Source: an uncultured Thermoleophilia bacterium (GTDB taxonomy: Bacteria; Actinomycetota; Thermoleophilia; UBA2241). From it: 64,000 nucleotides of DNA. The translations under genes and the position numbers were made by a program. The DNA lies in the NCBI GenBank assembly GCA_963715985.1, contig CAVQSP010000003.1:55679-119678 (forward strand). The letters run 5' to 3'. Below are positions 8,883-20,082 of this stretch, piece after piece (position 1 is the stretch's first letter; every line of letters starts with the position of its first letter). A model generated the notes under the pieces. That model saw only the letters and a program-made list of their open reading frames with translations, made no database searches and was not told the origin of the DNA.

Positions 8883-10094
8883 ATGACGACTCTAGACGAC
8901 GTGGTGCGGCGACAGACGATCGTCGACGCGAGGAGGTTCGATCTCGAGGGCGCCGGCCCCACGATGATGGCGGTGGTCACGACCGGCAACGGCGGCCTGG
9001 ACAAGCTCGACTATCGCGAGGTGCCCGTTCCCAAGCCCGCGGCAGGCGAGGTCCTGCTGCAGGTCCTCGCGGCCGGGGTCAACAACACCGAGATCAACAC
9101 CCGTCTCGGCTGGTACTCGTCGAGTGTCACCGACAGCACCGAGAGCACGGCGGAAGCCGAGGAGCGGGAGGCGAAGCAGAAGGCCGACGGCGGATGGAGC
9201 GAGCCGACGCCGTTCCCGTTCATCCAGGGCACCGACTGCTGCGGGCGCGTGGTCGAGGTCGCGCCGGGCGGGGACGAGAGCATGCTCGGGCGGCGCGCGC
9301 TCGTACGCGCCTGTATGCGCCCGCTCGGGTTCGGGTCCAAGGAGAACATCTGGATGGCGTCCGACTTCGACGGCGCGTTCGCCCAGTTCGTCAAGGTCCC
9401 CGCGTCGGAGGTCTTCCCCGTGGACTGCGACTGGAGCGACGTGGAGCTGGCCACCATCCCGTGCTCCTACGGGGCCGCCGAGAACATGGTGCACCGCGCC
9501 GCCCCGGTGGAAGGCGAGCACGTCCTCGTCACCGGCGCCTCGGGTGGTGTCGGGTCCGCGGCGGTGCAGCTGGCGAAGCGCCGCGGAGCCACCGTCATCG
9601 CCGACGACTCCTACCGCTTCGCGCGCCTCCGGCCGGACACCACGCCCGGCGACCGGGAGCGTCGCGAGGAGTGGCTGCAGCAGCTGCACGCCATCGGCGC
9701 TGACCGCGTCATCGAGACCGGCGAGGACATCGCCGACCTCCTCGGCGAGAAGAGCGTGGACGTCGTCATCGACAACGTGGCCGGGCCGTCGTTCGACGGC
9801 CTTCTGAGGGCGCTGAAGCGCGGCGGGCGGTACGCATCCTCGGGTGCGATCGCCGGTCCGCTGGTGACGCTCGACAAGCGCACGTTCTACCTCAAGGACC
9901 TCACGCTGATCGGCTGCACTGCGTGGGACGAGCCGGTCTTCCCGAACCTCGTCTCCTACATCGAGCGCGGCGAGATACGGCCGCTCGTGGCCAAGACGTT
10001 TCCGCTCGGCCGCATCGCCGACGCGCAGCGCGAGTTCCTCGAGAAGCGGCATCTCGGCAACTTCGTGCTGATCCCTCCCGGGATGGACGAGTGA
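8883..10094 (+). CDS. Medium-chain dehydrogenase/reductase (alcohol dehydrogenase/quinone oxidoreductase family)
   Basis: GEVLLQVLAAGVN, IQGTDCCG, VLVTGASGGVGSAAVQLAK. Confidence 0.85.
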   Translation: MTTLDDVVRRQTIVDARRFDLEGAGPTMMAVVTTGNGGLDKLDYREVPVPKPAAGEVLLQVLAAGVNNTEINTRLGWYSSSVTDSTESTAEAEEREAKQKADGGWSEPTPFPFIQGTDCCGRVVEVAPGGDESMLGRRALVRACMRPLGFGSKENIWMASDFDGAFAQFVKVPASEVFPVDCDWSDVELATIPCSYGAAENMVHRAAPVEGEHVLVTGASGGVGSAAVQLAKRRGATVIADDSYRFARLRPDTTPGDRERREEWLQQLHAIGADRVIETGEDIADLLGEKSVDVVIDNVAGPSFDGLLRALKRGGRYASSGAIAGPLVTLDKRTFYLKDLTLIGCTAWDEPVFPNLVSYIERGEIRPLVAKTFPLGRIADAQREFLEKRHLGNFVLIPPGMDE

Positions 10095-10552
10095 CGCGCC
10101 GGACCGCGAGCTCGCGCCGACACGGTCTGGCACAGGCCTGAGGAGAAGCGACGGACTTCTACACGGGAAGTGTGCTGAGGCTCGACCTCACGAGGCTCGA
10201 GGCCTCGGTCGAGCCGCTGGCCCACGGATCGGCGGCCTGACATGTCGCGAGGCGTCGCGACGAACGACCGGAGGTGGCCGGCACGGCACAGGGTCTGGCC
10301 GAGCGCCGTCGGCCCGCATATGCAGCGGTCAGAATCAGCCTTGAGAGAGGATCATGTCTGGGAGGATGCCTTTGGCAGAATGACAGCGCGCCATGGCGCG
10401 TCCGCCGTGCTGACTAGCCGGTCGAGTCTCTCTTGCTAGCATGCGGGAGGGGTTGTATGTTGCCGGGAAGTCGGCTGGGGGCGGTGTGGCGGCGCGAGAT
10501 GCCGCGACCGCGTGTGTCGTTTCGCAGGACGAGTCTAGGGGGAATCGCGAAC

Positions 10553-12242
10553 ATGGCCAGTGAACAGTACCGCAGAGAGTACGCACAACACCTGGTGGAG
10601 ATGGTCAACAAGGGCAAGATGACGCGGCGCCAGCTGCTCATCAGGGCCTCCGTCTTCGGCTTCTCGGCGACGGTCGCCAGCCAGCTGCTGGCCGCCTGCG
10701 GCGGCAGCAGCAGCGGCGGCGAGACCACGTCGGCCTCGCCGACGGCCTCGGCGGGCCCCGAGCCCGTCATGGGCGGCACCCTCAAGGTCATCATCTCGCC
10801 GTCGATCACCGACATCGACCCGGTCACCATCTACGACCAGGGTGGCATCACGCTCATCTCGCAGTTCTGCGAGTACCTCATCAACCTCAAGGACGACATG
10901 TCGCTGGAGGGCCGGCTGGCGGAGAGCTGGTCGCCGAACGACACGGGCGACGTCTGGACCTTCAAGCTGCGCCAAGGCATCAAGTTCAACGACGGCAGCC
11001 CCTTCGAGGCTCCGGATGTCGTCTCCACGATGGACCGCCTCGTCGATCCCAAGAGCGGATCGGCCGCCCAGGCCGCCCTGCTCGGTATCCTCTCCGTCGG
11101 CGGCACGAAGGCAGTGGACCAGTACACGGTCGACTTCAATCTCGACAAGCCGTTCGCGGACTTCCCGTACATGGTGTGCACCTCCTCGTACAACACCGTG
11201 ATGCTGCCGCGCAACTACAAGGGCGACTGGGTCAAGAACCCCGTGGGCACCGGTCCCTGGCTGCTCAAGGAATACGTGGCCAAGCAGAAGTGCACCGCCA
11301 CCAAGAAGCCCGACTACTGGCGCAAGGACGCGGAGGGCCGGCAGCTGCCCTTCATGGACGAGATCGACTGGGTCATGATCGCGGACGAGTCGGCCTCCAC
11401 GCTGCAGCTGCAATCGGGAACCGCCGACGTGCAGGCCCAGACCGTCTTCCAGGGCGCGCAGGCGCTGTGGACCGACCCCAACCTCAGGGTCGACATCTAC
11501 CCGTCTCCCGGCATCCGCGAGCTCCAGATGAACACCCTGAAGGATCCCTTCACAGACAAGAGAGTGCGCCAGGCAGTCGCGCTCAGCCTCGATCGTGAAG
11601 CCATCAACCAGGCGCTCTTCGACGGCAAGAGCATCATCGGCAACGACACCTTCTTCCAGACGCCGCCCTACCCCAACCAGCCGCCCACGAGTCGCGCGCA
11701 CGCAGGACCACGCGAAGGCCAAGCAGCTCCTCGCGGATGCCGGATACCCAGACGGGCTCAAGGTCACACTGACCGCCGAGGACTACCTCGAGGTCCCGCA
11801 GTACGCGCAGCTCATCCAGGCGCAGTGCAAGCCGGCCGGCATCGACGTCAAGATCGACCCGATCCCCTACGAGCAGTGGTACGCGGGCGCCAACGACGTC
11901 ACGCCCTGGCTCAACGTGCCTTTCGGCATCACCGAGTGGGGCCCGCGCCCGACCCCCGGCGTGTTCGTGCAGGCCATGCTCCTGCCTGATAGCGCCTGGA
12001 GCTCCTCGCACTGGAACAACCCGGAGTTCGCGAGCACCTTCGAGCAGTACATGTCCACGACCGACGAGGCATCGCGGCTCGATCTGGCCACCAAGCTGTC
12101 GGCCATCCAGCAGGACGACACGCCCATCATCGTGGCCTTCTACATCACGCAGCTGCGTGCCCAGAAGAAGACCGTGTACGGCATCACGGGCCCCGGCGCC
12201 TTCTACTGCGACGTGTCCGGGGCGTTCATCGCGACGGCGTGA
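10553..12242 (+). CDS. ABC substrate-binding lipoprotein, family 5 (Opp/Dpp), Tat signal; frameshift near 11690
   Basis: MTRRQLL twin-Arg plus LAAC lipobox; LAESW, WTFKLRQGIKF, PVGTGPW; C-terminus in ORF 11595-12242. Confidence 0.88.
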
Positions 12243-12663
12243 CGAAAGCAGACTGACCACGAAGTCGACCTGACGCAGGGTCCCCGGGAGGTCGCACTCC
12301 ACGTACCGCCGGCCGCCGCACGCGGCCCGACGTCGCCCCCCGTGTCGGTGCGCGTGTCCGCACTTGCCGAGGTGCCGTCCGGCGGGGTGGAGCGCTACAG
12401 CCGGGGGCCCTGCGCCACTCAGGGCGGCCTGCCTTGATCTCCGTCGGGCCGGCCGCCCGCGCCGCCGCCTTCACGGGCTCGCGTCTGCGCAGCCGTCAAT
12501 CGCATCTCTGGCGGTCGTAGGAGTGTTCGCATCATTTTTGTGCTGCCAACACCCGTCACCACAGAACATCTGCACACGTGAGCAGTCGGCATCGGCTAAT
12601 TGACCGGTCAGTTTACTTGCCATCCTACGGCGACGTGTGTATGGTGACGCGAGGTGGGGGCAT

Positions 12664-12688
12664 CCGATGCGGTACGGCACCGCATCGG
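12664..12688 (+). promoter_or_regulatory. Perfect 10-bp stem-loop in the leader of the second binding-protein gene
   Basis: CCGATGCGGT-acggc-ACCGCATCGG ending about 44 nt before ATG 12732; function unknown. Confidence 0.4.
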
Positions 12689-12731
12689 CCTCGAGTTCGC
12701 ATGAGACGTAGGTCACGGGGAGGCACTTCAA

Positions 12732-14430
12732 ATGGCTAGCGATAAGCACACTACTGACGACACCGAGCACCTGATCGAGATGGTGCGCAAGGGCAAGATG
12801 ACGCGGCGCCAGCTGGTCACGCGCGCGGCCGCTCTCGGCCTCGGGGCGACGGCCGTCGGCCAGCTCCTCGCGGCTTGCGGCGGCACCAGCAGCGGCGGCG
12901 GTGCTTCGGCCTCGTCGGCGCCGAGCGGCAGCGCCGCCCCTGCGCCCGTGATGGGCGGCACGCTCATCGGCATCATCCCGCCGTCGATCACCGAGCTCGA
13001 TCCGGTGACGATCTACGACCAGGGCGGCATCGTCCTCGTCCAGCAGATCTGCGAGTACCTCATCGCGCTCGACAACCAGAACGGCCTCAAGCCCAGCCTG
13101 GCCGAGAGCTGGTCGGGCAACGCAGACGCCTCGGTGTGGACGTTCAAGCTGCGCCAGGGCGTGACGTTCAACGACGGCAGCCCCTTCGAGGCCGAGGACG
13201 TCGTGGCCAGCATCGAGCGGGTCGTCGATCCCAAGAGCGGCTCGGGCGCCCTCGCGGCACTCGCCGGCATCCTCTCGCCGGGCGGCACCAAGGCCGTCGA
13301 TACGGCCACCGTGGAGTTCACCCTCGACAAGCCGTTCGCGGACTTCCCGTACCTGGTGTGCCAGTCCTCGTACAACACGGTCATGCTTCCGAGAGCGTAT
13401 GCGGGCGACTTCCCGAAGAGTCCGGTCGGCACCGGCCCCTGGCTGCTCGACTCGTACGTGTCCAAGCAGAAGGCCGTCATGGTCAAGAACCCCACGTACT
13501 GGGGCAAGGACGCCGCCGGCAATCAGCTTCCGTACCTCGATTCGGTCACCTGGGTCATGGTGCAGGACGAGTCGGCCGCCAACCTGCAGCTGCAGTCCGG
13601 CGCCGTCGACTTCCAGCCGCAGACGGTGTTCCAGGGCTCACAGGCGCTGTTCGCCGACCCGAACCTGCGCGTCGACATCTATCCGGGCTCCGGTATCCGC
13701 GAGGTCGCGTTCAACCTCGAGAAGGAGCCTTGGAAGTCGGCCCCCAAGGAGCTCCGTCAGGCCGTCGCCTACTGCCTCGACCGCGACGCCATCAACAAGG
13801 CCCTCTACGACGGCCGCAGCCTCCTCGGCGTCGACACGTTCTGGGAGCCGACGGTGTTCCCGGGCAGCCCCACTCCGCCTGAGCCGGGCGCAGGACTACA
13901 CCAAGGCCAAGGAGCTGCTCTCGACGGCCGGTTTCGCCGACGGCATCGACATCGAGCTCACGGTCGCCAAGTACCTCGAGAACCCACAGCTGGCCCAGCT
14001 CATCCAGCAGCAGTGCAAGGAAGCCGGCATCAACGTCAAGATCAACCAGATCAGCTACGACGCCTTCTACGCCGGCGGCGAGAACGACACCCCGTGGCTC
14101 AACGCGCCGATGGTCATCGTCGAGTGGGGCAGCCGGCCCACGCCGGGCGTGTTCGCGCAGGCCATGCTCATGCCGGGCGTGCCGTGGAGCTCGTCCCACT
14201 GGGACAACGCCGACTTCGCGTCCAACTTCGACCAGTACATGGCGACCACCGACGAGGCCAAGCGTACCGAGCTCGCCACCACCCTGTCGCAGATCCAGCA
14301 GGACGATACGCCGATCATGGTGCCGTTCTTCATCACGCAGCTGCGCACGCAGAAGAAGGACGTGTACGGCATCCAGGGCCCCGGCAACTTCTACTGCATC
14401 ATGTCCGAAGCGTTCAAGGCCGCCGGGTGA
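12732..14430 (+). CDS. ABC substrate-binding lipoprotein, family 5, paralog of 10553; frameshift near 13878
   Basis: Same Tat/lipobox signal and motifs; C-terminus in ORF 13399-14430. Confidence 0.88.
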
Positions 14431-14469
14431 GGCTCTGACACTCCGGTCGAACTGAGGTAGGGCCCCGGG

Positions 14470-15417
14470 ATGCTCCGTCTCATCGGTCGCCGACTGCTCC
14501 TCATGGTGCCGACGCTGATCCTCGCGTCGATCCTGATCTTCGCGCTCGCGGAGGTGCTGCCCGGCGACGTGGGACGCTCCATCCTGGGGCCCTACGCCAC
14601 GCAGGAACAGGTCGAGATCCTCAACGAGCAGCTGGGCGCCGACAAGCCCCTCTACGAGCGCTACCTGACGTGGGCCGGCAACTTCGTCACCGGCGACTGG
14701 GGCGACTCCCTGCTGCTCAAGGTGCCCGTCTTCCCCACGGTCATGAAGGCCCTCGGCAACTCGCTCGTGCTGGCCGCCTTCGCCCTCATCATCATCGTGC
14801 CCACGTCGATCCTGCTGGGGGTGTGGGCGGGCCTCCGACGAGACAGCCTCCTCGACCGCAGCATCACCATCTCCACCCTCTCCATGACGGTCATCCCCGA
14901 GTTCGTCTCCGGCGTCGTCCTCCTGTACGTGTTCGCCGTGTGGCTCAAGTGGCTGCCGGTGACGGCCATGCCGCCCGACGGCTCGCCCTTCTACGAGCGC
15001 CTCTACTACCTCATCCTCCCGGCCATCCCGCTGATGTTCCTCGAGCTCGGCTACATCGCCCGCATGGCCCGCGTCGGCACCGTGCAGGTGCTCGCGATGC
15101 CCTACATCCGCACCGCCGTGCTCAAGGGCCTGCCGCGCCGGCGCGTCGTCTTCGGGCACGTGCTGCGCAACGCCATGGTGCCCACGGTCACCGTCATCGG
15201 CAGCCAGGTCGGCTGGCTGATCGGCGGCCTCGTCGTCATCGAGACGCTCTTCGTCTACCCCGGCATCGGCAAGCTCATGGTCGACGCCGCGCAGACCCAC
15301 GACCTGCCCATGCTCGAGGCGGCGGTGCTCATGGTCGCCATCATCTACATGGTCTCCAACCTCGTCGCCGACATCATCGTCGCCCTGCTCAACCCGCGCA
15401 TCAGGATGGGAGGCTGA
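14470..15417 (+). CDS. ABC permease (DppB/OppB type)
   Basis: GDWGDS, YIRTAVLKGL…HVLRNAMVP, ETLFVYPGIG, LNPRIR. Confidence 0.9.
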   Translation: MLRLIGRRLLLMVPTLILASILIFALAEVLPGDVGRSILGPYATQEQVEILNEQLGADKPLYERYLTWAGNFVTGDWGDSLLLKVPVFPTVMKALGNSLVLAAFALIIIVPTSILLGVWAGLRRDSLLDRSITISTLSMTVIPEFVSGVVLLYVFAVWLKWLPVTAMPPDGSPFYERLYYLILPAIPLMFLELGYIARMARVGTVQVLAMPYIRTAVLKGLPRRRVVFGHVLRNAMVPTVTVIGSQVGWLIGGLVVIETLFVYPGIGKLMVDAAQTHDLPMLEAAVLMVAIIYMVSNLVADIIVALLNPRIRMGG

Positions 15418-15418
15418 G

Positions 15419-16436
15419 ATGAGCGACGAGCGCGAGACGCCCTTCGGCCCCGATCCCGACCTGCGCCAGGAGGGCATGCAGCTCGGCGCCGACCCGGAGA
15501 TGATGGAGCTGCGCGCCGACGCGGCTGCCACCATGGTCGCCGAGCTGGCGGGCGAGGGCGGCCCGCAGCCCAAGGCCCTGCAGGCCGACGCCGCGGCGGC
15601 TGCCGAGCAGGCCCGCCAGCGCCGCTACCTCATGCGCGCGCTGCTGCGCAGCCCCACGTTCATGGTCGGCCTCATCATCGTGCTCTTCTGGGTCTTCATG
15701 GCCGCCTTCTCGACGTTCATCACGCAGGACCCCTTCGCGCAGGACGCGATGGCCTCCCTGCAGTCGCCGAGCCCGGCGCACTGGTTCGGCACCGACGACC
15801 TCGGTCGCGACGTCTTCGCACGCACCATGGCGGGGGCGCGCACCGTGCTCATCATCGCCCCGCTCGCCACCGTGCTTGCCCTGCTCTGGGGCGGCATCAT
15901 CGGCCTCATCGCCGGCTTCTGGCGCGGGCTCACCGACGAGATCATCATGCGCCTCGTCGACGTGCTTGCTGGCGCTGCCCATCATCATCACCTCGATCCT
16001 CATCCTCTCCCTGCTCGGCAAGGGCACGGGGATCATCATCGTCACCATCGGCGCCCTCTTCACGCCCGTGGTCAGCCGCACCGTGCGTGCGGCGGTGATC
16101 GGCGAGCGCGAGCGCGAGTACGTGATGGCGGCACGCCTGCGCGGCGAGCGCTCGGCCTTCGTGATGAGCCGCGAGATCCTCCCCAACATCACGCAGCCCA
16201 TCATCGTCGAGGGCACCGTGCGCCTCGGCTACGCGGTGTTCACGGCCGCCACGCTCTCGTTCCTCGGCTTCGGCCTCGCCCCGCCCTCGGCCGACTGGGG
16301 CCTCACCATCGCCACCGAGCGCGTCTTCCTGCAGATCGCCCCGTGGACGGTCCTCTTCCCCGCTGCGGCCCTCGCCTTGTTGGTGGTGGCAGTGAACCTC
16401 ATCACCGACGGTCTCGGGAGGGTGTGGAGCAAATGA
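15419..16436 (+). CDS. ABC permease (DppC/OppC type); frameshift near 15965
   Basis: HWFGTDDLGRDVFAR, EYVMAARLRG, LSFLGFGLAPPSADWG. Confidence 0.87.
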
Positions 16437-18600
16437 GCGCCGTGGAACGAACAGACGCAGGCGGCCGCCCTCGACGTGCGCGACCTCGAGGTCACCTTCC
16501 ACCGCCGCGGCCGCGACCTGCCGGTGCTCAAGGGCGTCACCCTGAAGATCGCCGCCGGCCAGGCCTACGGCCTCGTCGGCGAGTCGGGCTGCGGCAAGAC
16601 CACGCTGGCCATGGCGGCGATGCGCTACCTCGCCACCAACGGCACGCTGGACAACGGCAGCGTGGCCGTCGACGGCCAGGACGTGAGCACGCTCAGCGAA
16701 GAGGCGCTGCGCAAGTGGCGCGGCGGCAAGGTCTCCATGGTCTACCAGGACCCGACGCAGGCCCTCTCCCCCGCCATGCGCATCGGCGACCAGCTCGCCG
16801 AGGTCTTCCACTTCCACGAGGGCCTCGACAAGCAGGCGGCCCTGGAGCGCGCCCGCGAGAGCCTGCGCCGCGTGGCCATCCCCGATCCCGACGCCACCCT
16901 GCGGCGCTACCCGTTCGAGCTCTCCGGCGGCCAGCAGCAGCGCGTCGTCATCGCCATGGCGCTCTCGGTCAACCCGCGCCTGCTCATCCTCGACGAGCCC
17001 ACCACCGGCCTCGACGCCACGGTGGAGGCCGAGATCCTCGACCTCATCGAGGAGCTGCGCGGGCGCATCAACGCCGCCATCCTCCTCATCACCCACAACC
17101 TCGGCCTCGTGCGCCCGGCTCTGCGAGCGCGTCGGCGTGCTCTACGCCGGGCGCCTCGTCGAGGAGGGTCCCGCCCGCGACATCTTCACCGACCCGCGCC
17201 ACCCCTACACGATGGGCCTGCTGCGATGCGTGCCGCGCTTCGGCATGAACAAGACCGACGCCGCCCTGCAGACCATCCCCGGCACGCTGCCCGCCCTCGG
17301 CGAGCCCCTCGAGGGCTGCGTCTACTCGGCGCGCTGCCCCATGGCCAAGCCCGTCTGCACGCGCCGCGAACCGGATCTCTACGCCTGGCCCGGCGACGGC
17401 GGCGCCAAGGGCGCCGCCGAGGCGGAGGCCCTCCCGCCCGACCCGGCCGCCTACTCGCCCAACCACGCCAAGCCCGTGGGCGAGAGCGAGCGCCACGCGC
17501 GCTGCTACTTCTCCGCCCAGGTCGAGCAGATGCCCGTCATGGTGCCGGTGCTCGCCAAGAGCCTCGAGGAGCGCGGCGGCAAGGACGACGTGCTCGGCAT
17601 CGACGACGTGCAGCGCACCTTCAAGGACGGGCGCAAGCGGCTCACCGCCGTGCACCACGTCTCCCTCGCCCTCAAGCGCGGCGAGACCTTCGGCCTCGTC
17701 GGCGAGTCGGGCTCCGGCAAGACCACGCTGGCCAAGTGCGTCACCGGTCTCCTCGCCCCCGACTCCGGCACCATCACCTTCGAGGGCGGCGTGCTGCGCC
17801 CCACCTCGGGCAAGCGTTCGCAGGACGCCCTGCGCGCCATCCAGATGGTCTTCCAGAACCCGGACTCGACGCTGAACCCGGCGTGGAGCACGCGCGCCAT
17901 CCTCACGCGCGCCGTGCGCAAGCTGGCCGGCGCCCACGGCGGCGACGTGCGCGCCAAGGTCGACTCGATCTCGGCCGGCGTCCGCGTCGAGCCGCGCTTC
18001 CTGCTGCAGCGGCCCACCGAGCTCTCCGGCGGCCAGAAGCAGCGCATCGCCATCGCCCGTGCCTTCGCCGGCGACCCCACGCTCGTCGTCTGCGACGAAC
18101 CCGCCTCGGCCCTCGACGTCTCCGTGCAGGCCAGCATCCTCAACCTGCTGGTCGAGCTGCAGACCAAGGAGCAGGTCTCCTACGTGTTCATCAGCCACGA
18201 CCTCGCGGTGGTGCGCTACATCAGCGACCGCATCGGCGTGATGTACCTGGCCGAGCTCATCGAGGTCGGCTCGTCCGAAGAGGTCTTCAACCCGCCGCAT
18301 CACCCGTACACGGAGGCGTTGCTCTCCTCCATCCCCACGCTGGACTTCGACAACCCGAGCCAGCGCATCCCGCTGCGCGGCACCATGCCGAGCCTCACCG
18401 ATCCGCCCTCAGGCTGCCGCTTCCACACGCGCTGCCACCGCACGCTCGGGGAGCTCTGCGAGCAGCAGGTCCCGCCGGAGCAGGAGGCGGGCGACGGGCA
18501 CATCTACGCCTGCCACATCCCGCCGGACGAGCTCTTGCGGCTGCAGACCGAGGGTGCACCGGTCGCCGCGCATCAGCTGGACCCTGTAGCCGAAGACTAG
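16433..18600 (+). CDS. Fused double ABC ATPase (DppD/F type); frameshifts near 16460 and 17115
   Basis: Two Walker A motifs (GESGCGKT, GESGSGKT), two LSGGQ signatures, HPYT and GCRFHTRC. Confidence 0.88.
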
Positions 18601-19493
18601 CCCCAGGCGGGCTCGCACGGCGGACACAGCGCCAGTGCGTTCCACGAGTCGTACGCCAGCCCTATCGCCGCATGCCGCTTGTAGGGCAGCGACGGCCGAT
18701 CCGGGATCGAGCCGCAGATCGCCGCGACGCACCCATCGGCGAGGATGTGGGCCGACTCCTCGTCCGCGGGCCGGCCTTCCAGCAGCGCCTCGACCTCGGT
18801 GGCACGGAACGCGACACCACCGACCGCGCCCAGCGCCAGGCGTACATCGGCCAGCGTCCCGGAGGCGGCATCAAAGCGTACTACCAGCGCCGCGCTCAGA
18901 CGCGCGACACTCACGGCGGTGCGCGATCCGATCTTGGTGAATGCCGTACGGTACTCGGCACCGAGCGCCGGGAACGCGAACTCCACGATGGCTTGATCGT
19001 GCGCGAGGCTCGTGCGGTTCGGGCCGAGCAGCACCTCACCGATCGGCCGGGTGAGCGTGACACCTGCGCCGTCGACCGTCGTGACCTCGGCACCCAGTGC
19101 CGTGAGCGCCGTGGCGCTGTCCGCGCACGGGGACGCGTTGGCGATGTTGCCGCCCACGGTGCCCGCGTTGCGGATCTGCACTGAGCCCACCTGCGCGGCC
19201 GCCAGCGCCAGGCACAGCGCGTGCTGACGGAGCAATGGGTCGCGCTGGAGGTCTGTGAACGTGGTGAGCGCGCCGACCCGCAGCGTGCCGCCGTCGAGCC
19301 GTACGCCGGCGAAGCCGCGCAGGCCTGTGAGATCCACGAGCAGGTCGGGCTCGTGACCGGGCCGGCGGATGTCGCGCACCAGGTCGGTGCCGCCGGCGAG
19401 CAGTCGCGTCCGCGGAGTCGCACGGGAGAGGGCGGCGACCAGGTCGTCCCTGGTGGCCGGCGTCAGGATGTCCGTCGCGGGCATCTCACGCAC
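18597..19493 (-). CDS. Xanthine dehydrogenase-family FAD-binding subunit (CoxM-like)
   Basis: LLAGGTDL, QIRNAGTVGGNIANASPCAD. Confidence 0.88.
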   Translation of the reverse strand: MREMPATDILTPATRDDLVAALSRATPRTRLLAGGTDLVRDIRRPGHEPDLLVDLTGLRGFAGVRLDGGTLRVGALTTFTDLQRDPLLRQHALCLALAAAQVGSVQIRNAGTVGGNIANASPCADSATALTALGAEVTTVDGAGVTLTRPIGEVLLGPNRTSLAHDQAIVEFAFPALGAEYRTAFTKIGSRTAVSVARLSAALVVRFDAASGTLADVRLALGAVGGVAFRATEVEALLEGRPADEESAHILADGCVAAICGSIPDRPSLPYKRHAAIGLAYDSWNALALCPPCEPAWG

Positions 19494-20082
19494 CTCCCTC
19501 CGGCCGCAGGTCGCGGTCGGCGATCTGCTCCGCGACCTCCAGGACGATGGCCAGCGTCTCTGGGTCGGTCTGCGGCTCGGCGGCCAGCTCCTCGGCGTCG
19601 CCCGGCATCTCCATGAGCGGCGTGGCTTCCTGGCCGCTCGCCGCCTTCACCGCGGCGACGATGGCAGAGTAGCCGGTGCACCGGCACAGGTTGCCGGCGA
19701 GGGCGACGCGGATGTCCTGATCCGACGGCACTGGGTTCTCCATGAGCAAGGCCTTCGCGGACATCAACATGCCGGGCGTGCAGTACCCGCACTGCACCGC
19801 ACCGTATTCGACGAACTTCTGCTGCAGCAGGTCCAGCTCGCCGTCCTCTGCCAGACCCTCCACCGTGACGATCTCCTTGCCGCGCGCCTGCACGGCGAGC
19901 ATGATGCAGGAGGCGACCGCCCTGCCGTCCACGAGGACGGTGCAAGCGCCGCACTCGCCCTCGGCGCACCCCTCCTTGGTACCGGTGAATCCCAGGCGGT
20001 CGCGCAGGACGTCCAGCAAGCGCGCCGTGGGTGGCGCGTCGACCTCGTACAGCGTGCCGTTCACCATCAACAGCAGCTCCAT
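19486..20082 (-). CDS. Xanthine dehydrogenase-family 2Fe-2S subunit (CoxS-like)
   Basis: GTKEGCAEGECGACTV, QCGYCTPG, NLCRCTGY. Confidence 0.92.
   Translation of the reverse strand: MELLLMVNGTLYEVDAPPTARLLDVLRDRLGFTGTKEGCAEGECGACTVLVDGRAVASCIMLAVQARGKEIVTVEGLAEDGELDLLQQKFVEYGAVQCGYCTPGMLMSAKALLMENPVPSDQDIRVALAGNLCRCTGYSAIVAAVKAASGQEATPLMEMPGDAEELAAEPQTDPETLAIVLEVAEQIADRDLRPEGGA

Noticed and set aside
10095-10552. Riboswitch or sigma-54 promoter in the long leader before the first binding protein
   Set aside because: Only short GC-rich hairpins and incomplete TGGC-N-TTGC matches; no aptamer consensus recognised
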